From Candidatus Saccharimonadota bacterium (GTDB taxonomy: Bacteria > Pseudomonadota > Gammaproteobacteria > Enterobacterales > Enterobacteriaceae), in contig CP145874.1 of assembly GCA_041942055.1 (NCBI GenBank), positions 180,001 through 212,000 on the forward strand: a DNA stretch of 32,000 nt. Reading direction: 5' to 3'. The translations under genes and the position numbers were made by a program. The notes under the pieces were generated by a model. That model searched no databases. It saw only the letters and a list, made by a program, of their open reading frames with translations, and had not been told where the DNA came from. Shown here piece after piece: positions 8,964 to 17,869 of this stretch (positions within the stretch are counted from its first letter, which is position 1; each line of letters begins with the position of its first letter).

Positions 8964-9464
8964 CTACCAACTAACTGTAACAGTTACTGTATCAGTATAA
9001 GTACCTGCTTTCACTGCTGCTTCTTGTCTTGGTATACGCCCATAAATAATTAAACTCGTTTCTTTTCCTATACCAGAAGCTTCAGATAATTCACTGTCCC
9101 AGAGATGTGTATGGTTTTCATCTTTATACAAATCATATTTGATATAATCACCTGATTCTGCTTTCATACGTCTTTGTTTTCCATCTGGTTGTGATCCATT
9201 ATTCAAACTTATATGATAAGGTAATCCTTTTGTACAAATCAATCCTATAGATCCTCCTGTTGCCGTTGATCTACCATCAATCACATTCTTAAGATTCGGA
9301 TGTTCTCCGAAGTCTATCTTACCAAAATTCAGGAGGGTTCCTCGTGTTACTTCACAACCCTTATCGATAATTATTTGTACATCTAAATTATTTTCTATTT
9401 GTCCACTTGCATAAACATAAGCAGAAAACAACATAATTGAGATTATTGACAATACTTTTATCAT
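8964..9464 (-). CDS. SCPU-domain major pilin (CsuA/B-like), first gene of the operon
   Basis: I trimmed the ORF-track TTG start at 9509 to ATG at 9464..9462. That ATG is preceded by AAGGA 9 nt upstream and gives a clean signal peptide MIKVLSIISIMLFSAYVYA/SGQ. The mature part is a textbook SCPU domain: DKGCEV...LNFGKIDFG...GGSIGLICTKG.PYHISL..G...RRM......IKYDLYKD......W....G.G....IYGRIP.Q......GTYTDTVTVTVSW. Confidence 0.8.
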   Translation of the reverse strand: MIKVLSIISIMLFSAYVYASGQIENNLDVQIIIDKGCEVTRGTLLNFGKIDFGEHPNLKNVIDGRSTATGGSIGLICTKGLPYHISLNNGSQPDGKQRRMKAESGDYIKYDLYKDENHTHLWDSELSEASGIGKETSLIIYGRIPRQEAAVKAGTYTDTVTVTVSW

Positions 9465-9536
9465 ATTGACTATCCTTTTAGTTATGTCATCATATATGGA
9501 TATGATCAATGAATGATATAAATGTTTATAGATTAA

Positions 9537-9564
9537 AGTGTAAAAGAACTAGATGATTTGTCAA
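9537..9564 (-). promoter_or_regulatory. Candidate sigma70 promoter for the pilus operon
   Basis: On the minus strand: TTGACA (9564..9559), a 16-nt spacer, then TACACT (9542..9537). It lies in the 110-bp gap between the hflC stop and the pilin ATG. In DNA this AT-rich such matches occur by chance, although a perfect TTGACA is less trivial. Confidence 0.25.
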
Positions 9565-9574
9565 ATTGAAGTAG

Positions 9575-10507
9575 TTATTCTTTTTTTATATTTTTATTAA
9601 AATATGGGATCATATAACGTAAAAAAGGATGATTAATATCTAAAATAATTAAATCTTTATTAGATTGAAAGATTTTTTTATAAGCGTGTAAAGTACGAAC
9701 AAAACTATAAAAATTAGTATCTTGATTTAAATAAATTGCAAATAGTTTAGCTACAAATGCATCAGCTTCTCCATGTATAATATGCGCTTGTCTTTCAGCT
9801 TCTGCTAAAATAGATATTACTTCATAATCTGCAGCTGCACGAATTTTTTCCGCTTCTTCTTTACCTTGAGAACGATGAAGACGAGCATCTGCATCCCGTT
9901 CGGCACGCATTCTATTATATATAGCATCTGAAACTTCAGGAGGTAAATTGATTTTTTTGATACGTACATCTATCACTTGAATACCTAAGATATTTTGTGG
10001 ACTTTTCATTCCTATTTGATGCGCATTAATAATACTCTCATTTAATTTTTCACGTAAGATTGAAGTTAATTTTCCTCGGCAATCAGTTACAATATCTTTG
10101 ACATTTAAACGTCCTATTTCGGAACGAAGTCTATCACTAAATATTTTTCTAATAAAATTTTCTACTTTAGCAATATCTCCTCCAGCAGTACTAACATAAA
10201 AACGATTAAAATCAGTAATACGCCATTTGATATATGAATCCACAATTACATCTTTCTTTTCCTTGGTTACAAATCTATCAGTTTGATTTTCCATAGTTTG
10301 AATACGGGCATCTAAAGATTTTACGGTTTCAATTAATGGATTTTTAAAATGCAATCCCGGTAATAATATTATTGTATGATGATCAATATCACGTAAAACT
10401 TTACCAAAACGTAATAAAATCCCTCGTTGACCTTCTTGGATAATAAAACAGCATGAGTAGAGTAATATTATTATAGGAAACAAAATTGCTAAAAAATATT
10501 TACGCAT
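9575..10507 (-). CDS. hflC: FtsH protease modulator HflC (SPFH/band-7 family)
   Basis: 310 aa, colinear with E. coli HflC (EGQRGILLRFGKV, PGLHFK.P, IDVRIKKINLP.EVS.AIY.RM.AER). The start ATG overlaps the hflK stop as TAATG. Confidence 0.9.
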   Translation of the reverse strand: MRKYFLAILFPIIILLYSCCFIIQEGQRGILLRFGKVLRDIDHHTIILLPGLHFKNPLIETVKSLDARIQTMENQTDRFVTKEKKDVIVDSYIKWRITDFNRFYVSTAGGDIAKVENFIRKIFSDRLRSEIGRLNVKDIVTDCRGKLTSILREKLNESIINAHQIGMKSPQNILGIQVIDVRIKKINLPPEVSDAIYNRMRAERDADARLHRSQGKEEAEKIRAAADYEVISILAEAERQAHIIHGEADAFVAKLFAIYLNQDTNFYSFVRTLHAYKKIFQSNKDLIILDINHPFLRYMIPYFNKNIKKE

Positions 10508-11667
10508 TATTTTCTTTCTTCCTTAGGAGTACGTACTGCATTAACCCTACGTTGATTCATCATATCACTAGTTTTATCATAATTATTGGTGCTACTAATA
10601 CTAGTAGTGTATTTATTATTATTTCTTAAGGAAGAACTCAGATGAGTTTTGAGAAGTTTATTACTAAATTTTTTTAAGGGTAGAAATAAAATATTCTTAC
10701 TATTAGAATGAAGAAGTATCTTTTGAGTATGAAGAAAGATATTTTCCATAGTTTCAATATATAATCGTTCTTTAGTAATTTCAGGAGCTTTTTTATATTC
10801 AGGTAAAATCTTTGCAAATTGTGTAATTTCTCCTTGAGCTTCTAATATAGTGCGTGTTTTATAAGCATAGGCATCTTCAATTATACGTTGTGCTCTACCA
10901 CTAGCTCGGGGTTGTACTTCATTAGCATAAGATTCTGCTTCTCGAATATATTGTTGTTCATTTTCTCGTGCAGCAATGACATCATCAAAAGCAGCTTTAA
11001 CTTCTTCAGGCGGACGAATTGCTTGCAAATTTACATCTAGCAATGTAATTCCCATGTTATATTGATTAATGATTTGTTGTAATTCATTTTTAGTATCTCT
11101 ACGAATAATAGTACGTCCTTCAGTCATAATAGTATCCATGCTAAATTTTCCAATTATTCCTCGTAAAGCACTATCAGTAGCTTGCCGTAAACTCTCATCG
11201 GGATTAGTAACGGAAAAAAGATAATTTACTGGATTGGTAACACGATATTGTACATTCATTTCTACATGAACTAGATTTTCATCAGAAGTTAACATTCTTC
11301 CTGCAGCTACTATTTCGCGTACAGCTTCTATATTTATAGGATATACTCTATCAATAAAATTTAATTTCCAATTTAAACCAGGAAAAACTATATTACTAAA
11401 TTTACCAAATCGAGTCACTACACCTCGGTCAGATTCTTGAATTGTATAAAAACCACTTATTAACCAAAGTATCATACTGATAAGGATTATGATCAAAAAT
11501 CCTCGGCCCGATTTATTATGATTACCGACTATTAGATAAAATAATTTTTTAATGTTACTAGAAGATCGCTTTTCATTGTAGTCAGTATCCTCCTCATAAG
11601 GATTGTTATCTCCCCAAGGATCACGATTGGTTTTTATTCTTTTTCCATAAGATTGATATATATTCAT
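10507..11667 (-). CDS. hflK: FtsH protease modulator HflK (SPFH/band-7 family); alternative GTG start at 11688
   Basis: Colinear with E. coli HflK: RDPWG, SGFYTI.ESDRGVVTRFGKFS, PGLNWK, MLTSDENLVHVEMNVQYRVTNP, SLRQATDSALRGIIGK, RPPEEVKAAFDDVIAARENEQQYIREAE, PEITKERLYIETME. Confidence 0.9.
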   Translation of the reverse strand: MNIYQSYGKRIKTNRDPWGDNNPYEEDTDYNEKRSSSNIKKLFYLIVGNHNKSGRGFLIIILISMILWLISGFYTIQESDRGVVTRFGKFSNIVFPGLNWKLNFIDRVYPINIEAVREIVAAGRMLTSDENLVHVEMNVQYRVTNPVNYLFSVTNPDESLRQATDSALRGIIGKFSMDTIMTEGRTIIRRDTKNELQQIINQYNMGITLLDVNLQAIRPPEEVKAAFDDVIAARENEQQYIREAESYANEVQPRASGRAQRIIEDAYAYKTRTILEAQGEITQFAKILPEYKKAPEITKERLYIETMENIFLHTQKILLHSNSKNILFLPLKKFSNKLLKTHLSSSLRNNNKYTTSISSTNNYDKTSDMMNQRRVNAVRTPKEERK

Positions 11668-11740
11668 TTTTATTACACCAAATATCACGGAACTTAATAA
11701 TTATTTATTAGTACCCTGAACATTAGAAGAGATAAATTAT

Positions 11741-12700
11741 CTAAAACCCTTTAAAAGTACACCCGAATATTTTTATTAGATTCTTACATGCTAAATCAAG
11801 ATCCTCATTATCAAGCCAGTAAGTATTTTTCCATTTACGTAACCAAGTAAACTGATGTTTAGCGAGACGACGTGTGGCATAAATTGATTGTTTGAACATT
11901 TCGTCCGAATGGATTTTTCCTTCAATATAAGACCACATTTGACGATAACCAACACAACGAAGAGAAGGCATATTTAGATTTAAATCTCCTCTTAAGAATA
12001 ATTTTTTTACTTCATCTTCGAAACCTTCATTTATCATTTTAAGAAAACGTTGTTCAATCAGGTAGTATAATTTGTATCGACATGAAGGAGAAATAACAAA
12101 TTGTATAATATCATATTCTAAATTATTATCAGTTTTTATTCTATTTAATGCAGTTAGTGTCTTACCAGAAATTAAATAAACTTCTATTGCTCGAGATATT
12201 CTGTGTCGATCATTACAATCAATTCGATTGGCTGCTATTGGATCTAATTGATAGAGTTGTTCGTGGAGTTGTTTCCATCCTTGTTGAATTGCTTGTTTGT
12301 AAATATATTGACGTATCATATAATTAGATGCAGGTAATGCTGAGAGTCCTTCAATTAATATTTTAAAATAAAGCATAGAACCACCTACTAACAAAGGTAA
12401 TCTACCTTGCTTAGTAATATGATCCATTTTTTTTATCGCATCTTTTCTAAACTCTGCAACCGAATAAGTTTCTGATGGATCCCGAATATTCAATAAATGA
12501 TGTGGAACTTGGCAAAGTTGTTGATTGGTAGGTTTTGCAGTACCAATATTCATTTCTCTATAAATCATAGCTGAATCAACACTTATTATTTCTATTGGAA
12601 TGAATTGACTTAATTTTATAGCTAACTCGGTTTTTCCTGATGCGGTGGGACCCATTAAAAAAATGGCTTTAGGTAATTGGATTACTTTATTCATTCTCAT
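11741..12700 (-). CDS. miaA: tRNA dimethylallyltransferase
   Basis: LPKAIFLMGPTASGKT P-loop, ISVDSAMIYREMNIGTAKP, LLNIRDPSE, PLLVGGSMLYFK, RCVGYRQMWSY. It overlaps the 3' end of mutL (ATG at 12700 or 12694). Confidence 0.9.
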   Translation of the reverse strand: MRMNKVIQLPKAIFLMGPTASGKTELAIKLSQFIPIEIISVDSAMIYREMNIGTAKPTNQQLCQVPHHLLNIRDPSETYSVAEFRKDAIKKMDHITKQGRLPLLVGGSMLYFKILIEGLSALPASNYMIRQYIYKQAIQQGWKQLHEQLYQLDPIAANRIDCNDRHRISRAIEVYLISGKTLTALNRIKTDNNLEYDIIQFVISPSCRYKLYYLIEQRFLKMINEGFEDEVKKLFLRGDLNLNMPSLRCVGYRQMWSYIEGKIHSDEMFKQSIYATRRLAKHQFTWLRKWKNTYWLDNEDLDLACKNLIKIFGCTFKGF

Positions 12701-14342
12701 AATTCTTTTTTAGTACACTTAATGCTGAATTAATATCAATGCGTTGTAAAAAGTGTCTAGGTGGTGATCGAATTAAATCTGGACAAAATTGTACTAAATC
12801 GTCAAATAAATCTATAACCTGTATAAAATTCCATTCTTTGGGTTTATCAAGATATTTTAAGAAAAAATTCCTCAGGTTTATTTCGGATATTTCGGATAAT
12901 GTTGAAAGATAAGTTAAAAGTGCAGAAAATACCTCTTGCAAGTTTTGAGAGCGTAATATTAAAGGCACTGAACGAACTATTAATAAATTATTATCTATTA
13001 CTAAATGAATTCCAATTTTTTTTAAAATATAACAATTATTATAAATAATATCCAAAATTTTTTTTTCTTTTATATTGAATCTTAATGGTATTAATAATGG
13101 ATAATGTTTTTTAACATTAGATGTTAATTGGATGATATTTAAATAGCTCTGAGCTACAGATAATGCAATGACTATTAGTCCTTTTTTGTCTTCTACTAAT
13201 GCAATATCTTCTTGAAGTATACTTAGTACCTTTCCGAAATTGGGAATTTCATTATTCTGATTTAATGAAAATTGTTTTGAATTTTTTTTTTTCACCAAAA
13301 ATTTTTTTTCAGAACTTTTCAGAGAAAAGAAATTTTGTCTATTATATTCTTGAAATGTCTTTACTAAACCTTGATACATAAATTCATATATTAATTTTGA
13401 TTGATAAAATCGTACATCATGTTTGGTAGGATGTACGTTAATATCTATTTCTTTTGGATTAATATTTAAATATAAAATAAACTTCACTGGATCTTCATTA
13501 CCTATGATATCATAATATGCTTGACGAATTACATAATGTAATAGTCTATTTTGTACTATTCTTCCATTAACATAAAAATATTTCCAAGATTTTGGAATAC
13601 TTGATTCATTTTTATAGGATATCCATCCATATAATTTAATATCTTTACATTGCCAATGAATTCTTAAAAGGTGAGATCTAAAACTATTGCCACAAACTGA
13701 AGCAATTCTAGTTTCAGGTTCAATCTGACCTAGATAGTGTCTAATTAATTTCCCATTATTTATAACAGTAATTCCCACATCAAATCGTGCTAATGCTATA
13801 CGACGTATAGTTTCATCTATATGTAAAAATTCAGTTTTTTCAGTTCGTAGAAATTTTCGACGCGCTGGAGTATTATAAAATAAATCACATACCTCTAAAG
13901 TAGTACCAATAGGATGTGCTCTCGGAATAAGATTGAGTGTTTTATTTGGTAATTGTGGTGTTGTAGTATATGTTGTTTGCCATGCTTCTTTTTGCATTTT
14001 AGTTCTTGAGATTAATTTCAATCGTGATACTGAACTAATACTGGCCAATGCTTCTCCACGAAAACCCAAACTAGTAATACTATTTAAATCATCAATAGTA
14101 TCAATTTTGCTCGTAGTATGATTATCTAAAGCTAAGAGAATTTCATTTTTATTAATTCCACAACCATTATCACGAATACGGATTAATTGTATACCTCCTT
14201 TATTGATTTCGATATTAATATTATTAGCTCCTGCATCTAAGCTGTTTTCTAATAATTCTTTTACTACTGATGCAGGACGTTCTACTACTTCTCCCGCTGC
14301 AATTTGATTAGTAATCTGTATTGGTAATTTTTTGATCGGCAT
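12687..14342 (-). CDS. mutL: DNA mismatch repair protein MutL
   Basis: N-terminal GHKL ATPase motifs: IKKLPIQITNQIAAGEVVERPASVVKELLENSLDAGA, IRDNGCGI, LGFRGEALASI, INVHPTKHDVRF. At 551 aa it is shorter than E. coli MutL (615 aa), mainly in the linker. Confidence 0.9.
   Translation of the reverse strand: MPIKKLPIQITNQIAAGEVVERPASVVKELLENSLDAGANNINIEINKGGIQLIRIRDNGCGINKNEILLALDNHTTSKIDTIDDLNSITSLGFRGEALASISSVSRLKLISRTKMQKEAWQTTYTTTPQLPNKTLNLIPRAHPIGTTLEVCDLFYNTPARRKFLRTEKTEFLHIDETIRRIALARFDVGITVINNGKLIRHYLGQIEPETRIASVCGNSFRSHLLRIHWQCKDIKLYGWISYKNESSIPKSWKYFYVNGRIVQNRLLHYVIRQAYYDIIGNEDPVKFILYLNINPKEIDINVHPTKHDVRFYQSKLIYEFMYQGLVKTFQEYNRQNFFSLKSSEKKFLVKKKNSKQFSLNQNNEIPNFGKVLSILQEDIALVEDKKGLIVIALSVAQSYLNIIQLTSNVKKHYPLLIPLRFNIKEKKILDIIYNNCYILKKIGIHLVIDNNLLIVRSVPLILRSQNLQEVFSALLTYLSTLSEISEINLRNFFLKYLDKPKEWNFIQVIDLFDDLVQFCPDLIRSPPRHFLQRIDINSALSVLKKNYENE
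13282..13292 (-). repeat. A11 homopolymer inside mutL (GTG AAA AAA AAA AAT). Other runs in the same gene: A8 at 13302..13309, A9 at 13058..13066, A8 at 13016..13023
   Basis: Counted directly from the sequence; the plus strand shows T11, T8, T9 and T8. All runs are in frame as Lys codons in the current sequence. Confidence 0.95.
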
Positions 14343-14709
14343 GGAAATCTTCTTTAGATTATATTAGGTTATAAACAAACATACTTTGGTTTCAATACTT
14401 TTCATTTTTAGAAATACTACAAATTTATGATAATAATTCAAGCCAACTTCAACCAGATTAGGTAATGATAAAAAGTGAGAAAGTTTTTTCATGTCATTTA
14501 ATTATTATAAAAAATACCTTTACATAAAAAAATATTATCGAATAAACATTCTAGTTTGCAAGGATTAATTTGATAACCATCCAAATAATGAATAATTATT
14601 TGTTTGTGAAAGCTACTAATAATTGAATTGAGGAAATTATGAGTACAATTGATTTAAGCACGATTGACGGTAATATAATTTTTGATACCTTTCATAACAT
14701 ATATCAATT

Positions 14710-14785
14710 TGGAGCGGGAAACGAGATTCGAACTCGCGACCCTAACCTTGGCAAGGTTATGCTCTACCAACTGAGCTATTCCCGC
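14710..14785 (-). tRNA. glyV: tRNA-Gly, anticodon GCC, with encoded CCA
   Basis: The reverse complement is GCGGGAATAGCTCAGTTGGTAGAGCATAACCTTGCCAAGGTTAGGGTCGCGAGTTCGAATCTCGTTTCCCGCTCCA. It forms a cloverleaf with anticodon loop CTTGCCAAG and is nearly identical to E. coli tRNA-Gly3. This is the only GC-rich non-coding patch in the window. Confidence 0.95.
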
Positions 14786-14794
14786 TTAAATGAA

Positions 14795-15337
14795 TTATAA
14801 CTGGATAAAATGTTCCCGATAATAAGCTAATTCGGCGACTGATTCACGAATATCTTCTAAAGCTTGATGAGTTCCACGTTTCTTAATTCCTTGGAGTATA
14901 TTTGGTTTCCATCGACGAGCTAGTTCTTGAAGCGTACTAACATCTAGATAACGATAGCTAAAATATGCTTCTAATTCGGGCATATAACGAATTAAAAAAC
15001 GCCGATCCTGACCAATACTATTTCCACAAATAGGTGATGTATTTTCTGGAACCCATTTTTTTAAAAATTCTAAAGTTGCTAATTCAGCATCCCGTTCGGT
15101 ATATGTACTTGCTGTAACTCGATTAATTAATCCACTAGCACTATGAGTTCGTAAATTCCATTGATCCATTTCCGCCAATTGTACCGATGATTGATGTACA
15201 GCTAATACAGGTCCTTCTGCTAAAATATTTAAACTTACATCAGTAACTAAAGTAGCAATTTCAATAATCCTATTATGAATTGGATCTAAACCAGTCATTT
15301 CAAGATCAATCCAAATAAGATTTTTCTTATTTATCAT
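14795..15337 (-). CDS. orn: Oligoribonuclease (DEDDh 3'-5' exonuclease)
   Basis: [98 protein letters not shown] trimmed the ORF-track TTG start at 15370 to ATG at 15337, which matches the E. coli N-terminus. Confidence 0.9.
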   Translation of the reverse strand: MINKKNLIWIDLEMTGLDPIHNRIIEIATLVTDVSLNILAEGPVLAVHQSSVQLAEMDQWNLRTHSASGLINRVTASTYTERDAELATLEFLKKWVPENTSPICGNSIGQDRRFLIRYMPELEAYFSYRYLDVSTLQELARRWKPNILQGIKKRGTHQALEDIRESVAELAYYREHFIQL

Positions 15338-15423
15338 GAAATTTATTCTTTTCTCCTTATCATTGATCAATTATTACTACTTATTTCTATAATCTCAAAA
15401 TTGGATATCTGTTGATAAAGAGG

Positions 15424-15990
15424 CTAAGATTCTTTGATTCGTGAAATATACTCAGCTGATTGGGTATTAACTTTGACTATTTCTCCTCTTTTAACAAATA
15501 AAGGCACTTTTATTACGGCTCCAGTACTTAACGTTGCATATTTAGTTGAAGTTGTTACTGAATTACCTTTCAAACTAGGATCTGTATTAATAACTTGTAA
15601 TTCAACTAAATGAGGAGGAGTAACAATTATAGGATTACCATTCCATAGAGTTACAATACATTCAGCTTGTTCAGTAATCCATTTTGCATTATCTCCGATA
15701 ACTTGATGACTTACAGTAAATTGTTCAAAAGTATTATACTGTATAAAATACCAAATCATACCATGGTTATATAAATAAGTTAGATTCAATTCAACAACAT
15801 CCGCTTTTTCCACTCTATCAGTAGCTTTAAAGGTCTTTTCAATTTGTTTTCCAGTAAATAACCTTCGCATTTTAACTCGTACAAAAGATTGCCCTTTACC
15901 AGGGTTTACAAACTCACTCGTTTCAATAGCATAGGGTTCTTGATCAAATATAATTTTTAACCCTGAATAAAAATCTTTACAATTAGTCAT
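15424..15990 (-). CDS. efp: Elongation factor P
   Basis: 188 aa from ATG at 15990 (the ORF-track start at 16002 is TTG). Motifs: GLKI.FD.EPYA.E.SEFV.PGKGQSF.RVK.RRL.TG (Lys34 loop present), [44 protein letters not shown]. Confidence 0.9.
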   Translation of the reverse strand: MTNCKDFYSGLKIIFDQEPYAIETSEFVNPGKGQSFVRVKMRRLFTGKQIEKTFKATDRVEKADVVELNLTYLYNHGMIWYFIQYNTFEQFTVSHQVIGDNAKWITEQAECIVTLWNGNPIIVTPPHLVELQVINTDPSLKGNSVTTSTKYATLSTGAVIKVPLFVKRGEIVKVNTQSAEYISRIKES

Positions 15991-16031
15991 CCTTTTTTCC
16001 AATGAGATTGAAACGAATTAGATTCATTTAA

Positions 16032-17864
16032 TCAAAGATGTTTATTTTTTAACCACTTAATTATTTGATCTTGTATTCCAACTGCATTTAAACCATACTC
16101 ATTTCTCATTTCTTCCTGCGAACCATGCGGAATAAATTCATCTGGTAAACCAATATTTAAAATTGGAATAACAATCTGATTTCTTAGAATCAGTTCATTT
16201 ACCGCACTTCCAGCTCCACCAAAAATAACACCTTCTTCTAAAGTTACTAGTGTATCATGATTTCCAACTAGATTTAATATATGTTCTTGGTCAAGTGGTT
16301 TAACAAAACGCATATCAACTAGTGTGGCATTAAGATTTTCAGCCACTATTTTCGCTTGAGATAATAAATTACCAAAATTAAGAAGGGCTATTTTTTCTCC
16401 TAGCCTTTTTGTAATACTTTTTCCAATAGGTAGAAGCGAGAAAGAAGTAGTTGTTGATAATTCAGTCACCATATGACTACTACCCCGAGGATATCTTACT
16501 ATCGTCGGACCCTTATTATAATTATATCCAGTATATAGCATATTTATTAATTCATTTTCATCACTAGGAGTCATTATAACTAAATTAGGTATACAACGTA
16601 AAAAACTAATATCAAAAATACCTTGATGAGTTTGACCATCAAAACCAACAATACCTGCACGATCTATAGCAAATAAAACTGGCAGTTTAGGAATAGCTAT
16701 ATCATGGATTATTTGATCATAGCATCTTTGTAAAAATGTCGAATAAATAGCAACAACCGGTCTATATTTTCCTATTGCTAAACCCGCTGCAAATGTGACT
16801 GCATGTTGTTCTGCAATTCCTACATCAAAAAATTGATCTCGATACTTTTTTGCAAAATCTGACATTCCAGAACCCTCACACATTGCTGGAGTAATCGCCA
16901 TCAATTTTTTATCATGTTTAGCTGTTTCAGTTAACCATATTCCAAAGGTTTTGGAGTAATCAATGGATTTTTTTTTCGCCTTAGTGGTTACTACTACCTC
17001 TTCACTCTTATTTAAATCAAATTTATTTACTGCATGCCACTTAGTTGGGTTGTTTTCCGCTGGAGTATAACCCTTCCCTTTTTTAGTAATAATATGTAAT
17101 AAACGAGGACCTGATAAAGTACGTACTCTTTGAAAAATGTTGATTAAATTCATTACATCATGCCCATCATAAGGTCCCATATAATTTAAATTTAATAAGT
17201 CAAACAGAGTCACTGGTTTTTTATGATTGAAAATATTTTTTGAATTCTTAATAGATAAAGAAGATAAATGGTTCTTTAAAGCACCTACATTTTCTGAAAT
17301 GGACATTTGATTATCGTTAAGAATAACTAAAAGATTTGCTTTAATAGATCCCGCATGATTTAGTCCTTCAAAAGCCATTCCACCTGTCATACCACCATCA
17401 CCAATTACACATACCGTATACCGATCTTCATTAGATTTAGCCGTAGCTATTGCTACTCCTAATGCAGAGCTAATAGAAGTAGATGAATGACCAGCTGTCA
17501 TCAGATCATATATGCTTTCTTCTCTACATAGAAAAGGATGTAGTCCACCCTTTTGACGCATGTTATTAATACTATCACGACGACCAGTAAGAATTTTATG
17601 TACATATGCTTGATGTCCAATATCCCATATCAAATGATCTAAAGGAGTATTATAAACATAATGTAAAGCAACTGTTAATTCAACAACACCTAGTCCGGAA
17701 GCTAAATGTCCACTATTAGTACTAACATTCTCCAGTAAATAATTACGTACTTCATTACATAATTGCGGTAATTTTTCCTTTGGTAAAGAACGTAGTTTTT
17801 CTACTGAATTTAGAGTTCCAATCATTGCAAGAATTGGATATTTTTTTATATCAAATGTTTTCAT
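16032..17864 (-). CDS. dxs: 1-deoxy-D-xylulose-5-phosphate synthase
   Basis: 610 aa with [36 protein letters not shown], the TPP motif [36 protein letters not shown] and DRAGIVG.DGQTHQG. Operon order is xseB-ispA-dxs as in E. coli. Confidence 0.95.
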   Translation of the reverse strand: MKTFDIKKYPILAMIGTLNSVEKLRSLPKEKLPQLCNEVRNYLLENVSTNSGHLASGLGVVELTVALHYVYNTPLDHLIWDIGHQAYVHKILTGRRDSINNMRQKGGLHPFLCREESIYDLMTAGHSSTSISSALGVAIATAKSNEDRYTVCVIGDGGMTGGMAFEGLNHAGSIKANLLVILNDNQMSISENVGALKNHLSSLSIKNSKNIFNHKKPVTLFDLLNLNYMGPYDGHDVMNLINIFQRVRTLSGPRLLHIITKKGKGYTPAENNPTKWHAVNKFDLNKSEEVVVTTKAKKKSIDYSKTFGIWLTETAKHDKKLMAITPAMCEGSGMSDFAKKYRDQFFDVGIAEQHAVTFAAGLAIGKYRPVVAIYSTFLQRCYDQIIHDIAIPKLPVLFAIDRAGIVGFDGQTHQGIFDISFLRCIPNLVIMTPSDENELINMLYTGYNYNKGPTIVRYPRGSSHMVTELSTTTSFSLLPIGKSITKRLGEKIALLNFGNLLSQAKIVAENLNATLVDMRFVKPLDQEHILNLVGNHDTLVTLEEGVIFGGAGSAVNELILRNQIVIPILNIGLPDEFIPHGSQEEMRNEYGLNAVGIQDQIIKWLKNKHL

Positions 17865-17869
17865 AGTAA

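Noticed and set aside
4142-9574. The pilus operon considered as a recently acquired genomic island or mobile element
   Set aside because: There is no integrase, transposase, flanking direct or inverted repeats, or adjacent tRNA. Four of the five genes have the same extreme AT content and Lys/Asn/Ile bias as the host genes, consistent with ancient residence.
13199-13381. 60-aa plus-strand ORF inside mutL; a similar one lies at 13933..14121
   Set aside because: Both are antisense to a well-supported mutL reading frame, sit at the minimum length of the ORF track, and have no motifs or translation signals.
14364-14492. 42-codon minus-strand ORF (MKKLSHFLSLPNLVEVGLNYYHKF...) just upstream of mutL; considered as a possible relic of amiB or tsaE
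   Set aside because: It has no Shine-Dalgarno and no similarity I can recognise to TsaE or the AmiB C-terminus. Its length is within chance expectation, and the call cannot be supported without a database search.
14640-14804. 54-codon plus-strand ORF with a GAGG-like Shine-Dalgarno (MSTIDLSTIDGN...) in the mutL-tRNA gap
   Set aside because: More than half of it is simply the antisense of tRNA-Gly and the orn stop region, so the open frame is explained by the GC-rich tRNA sequence.
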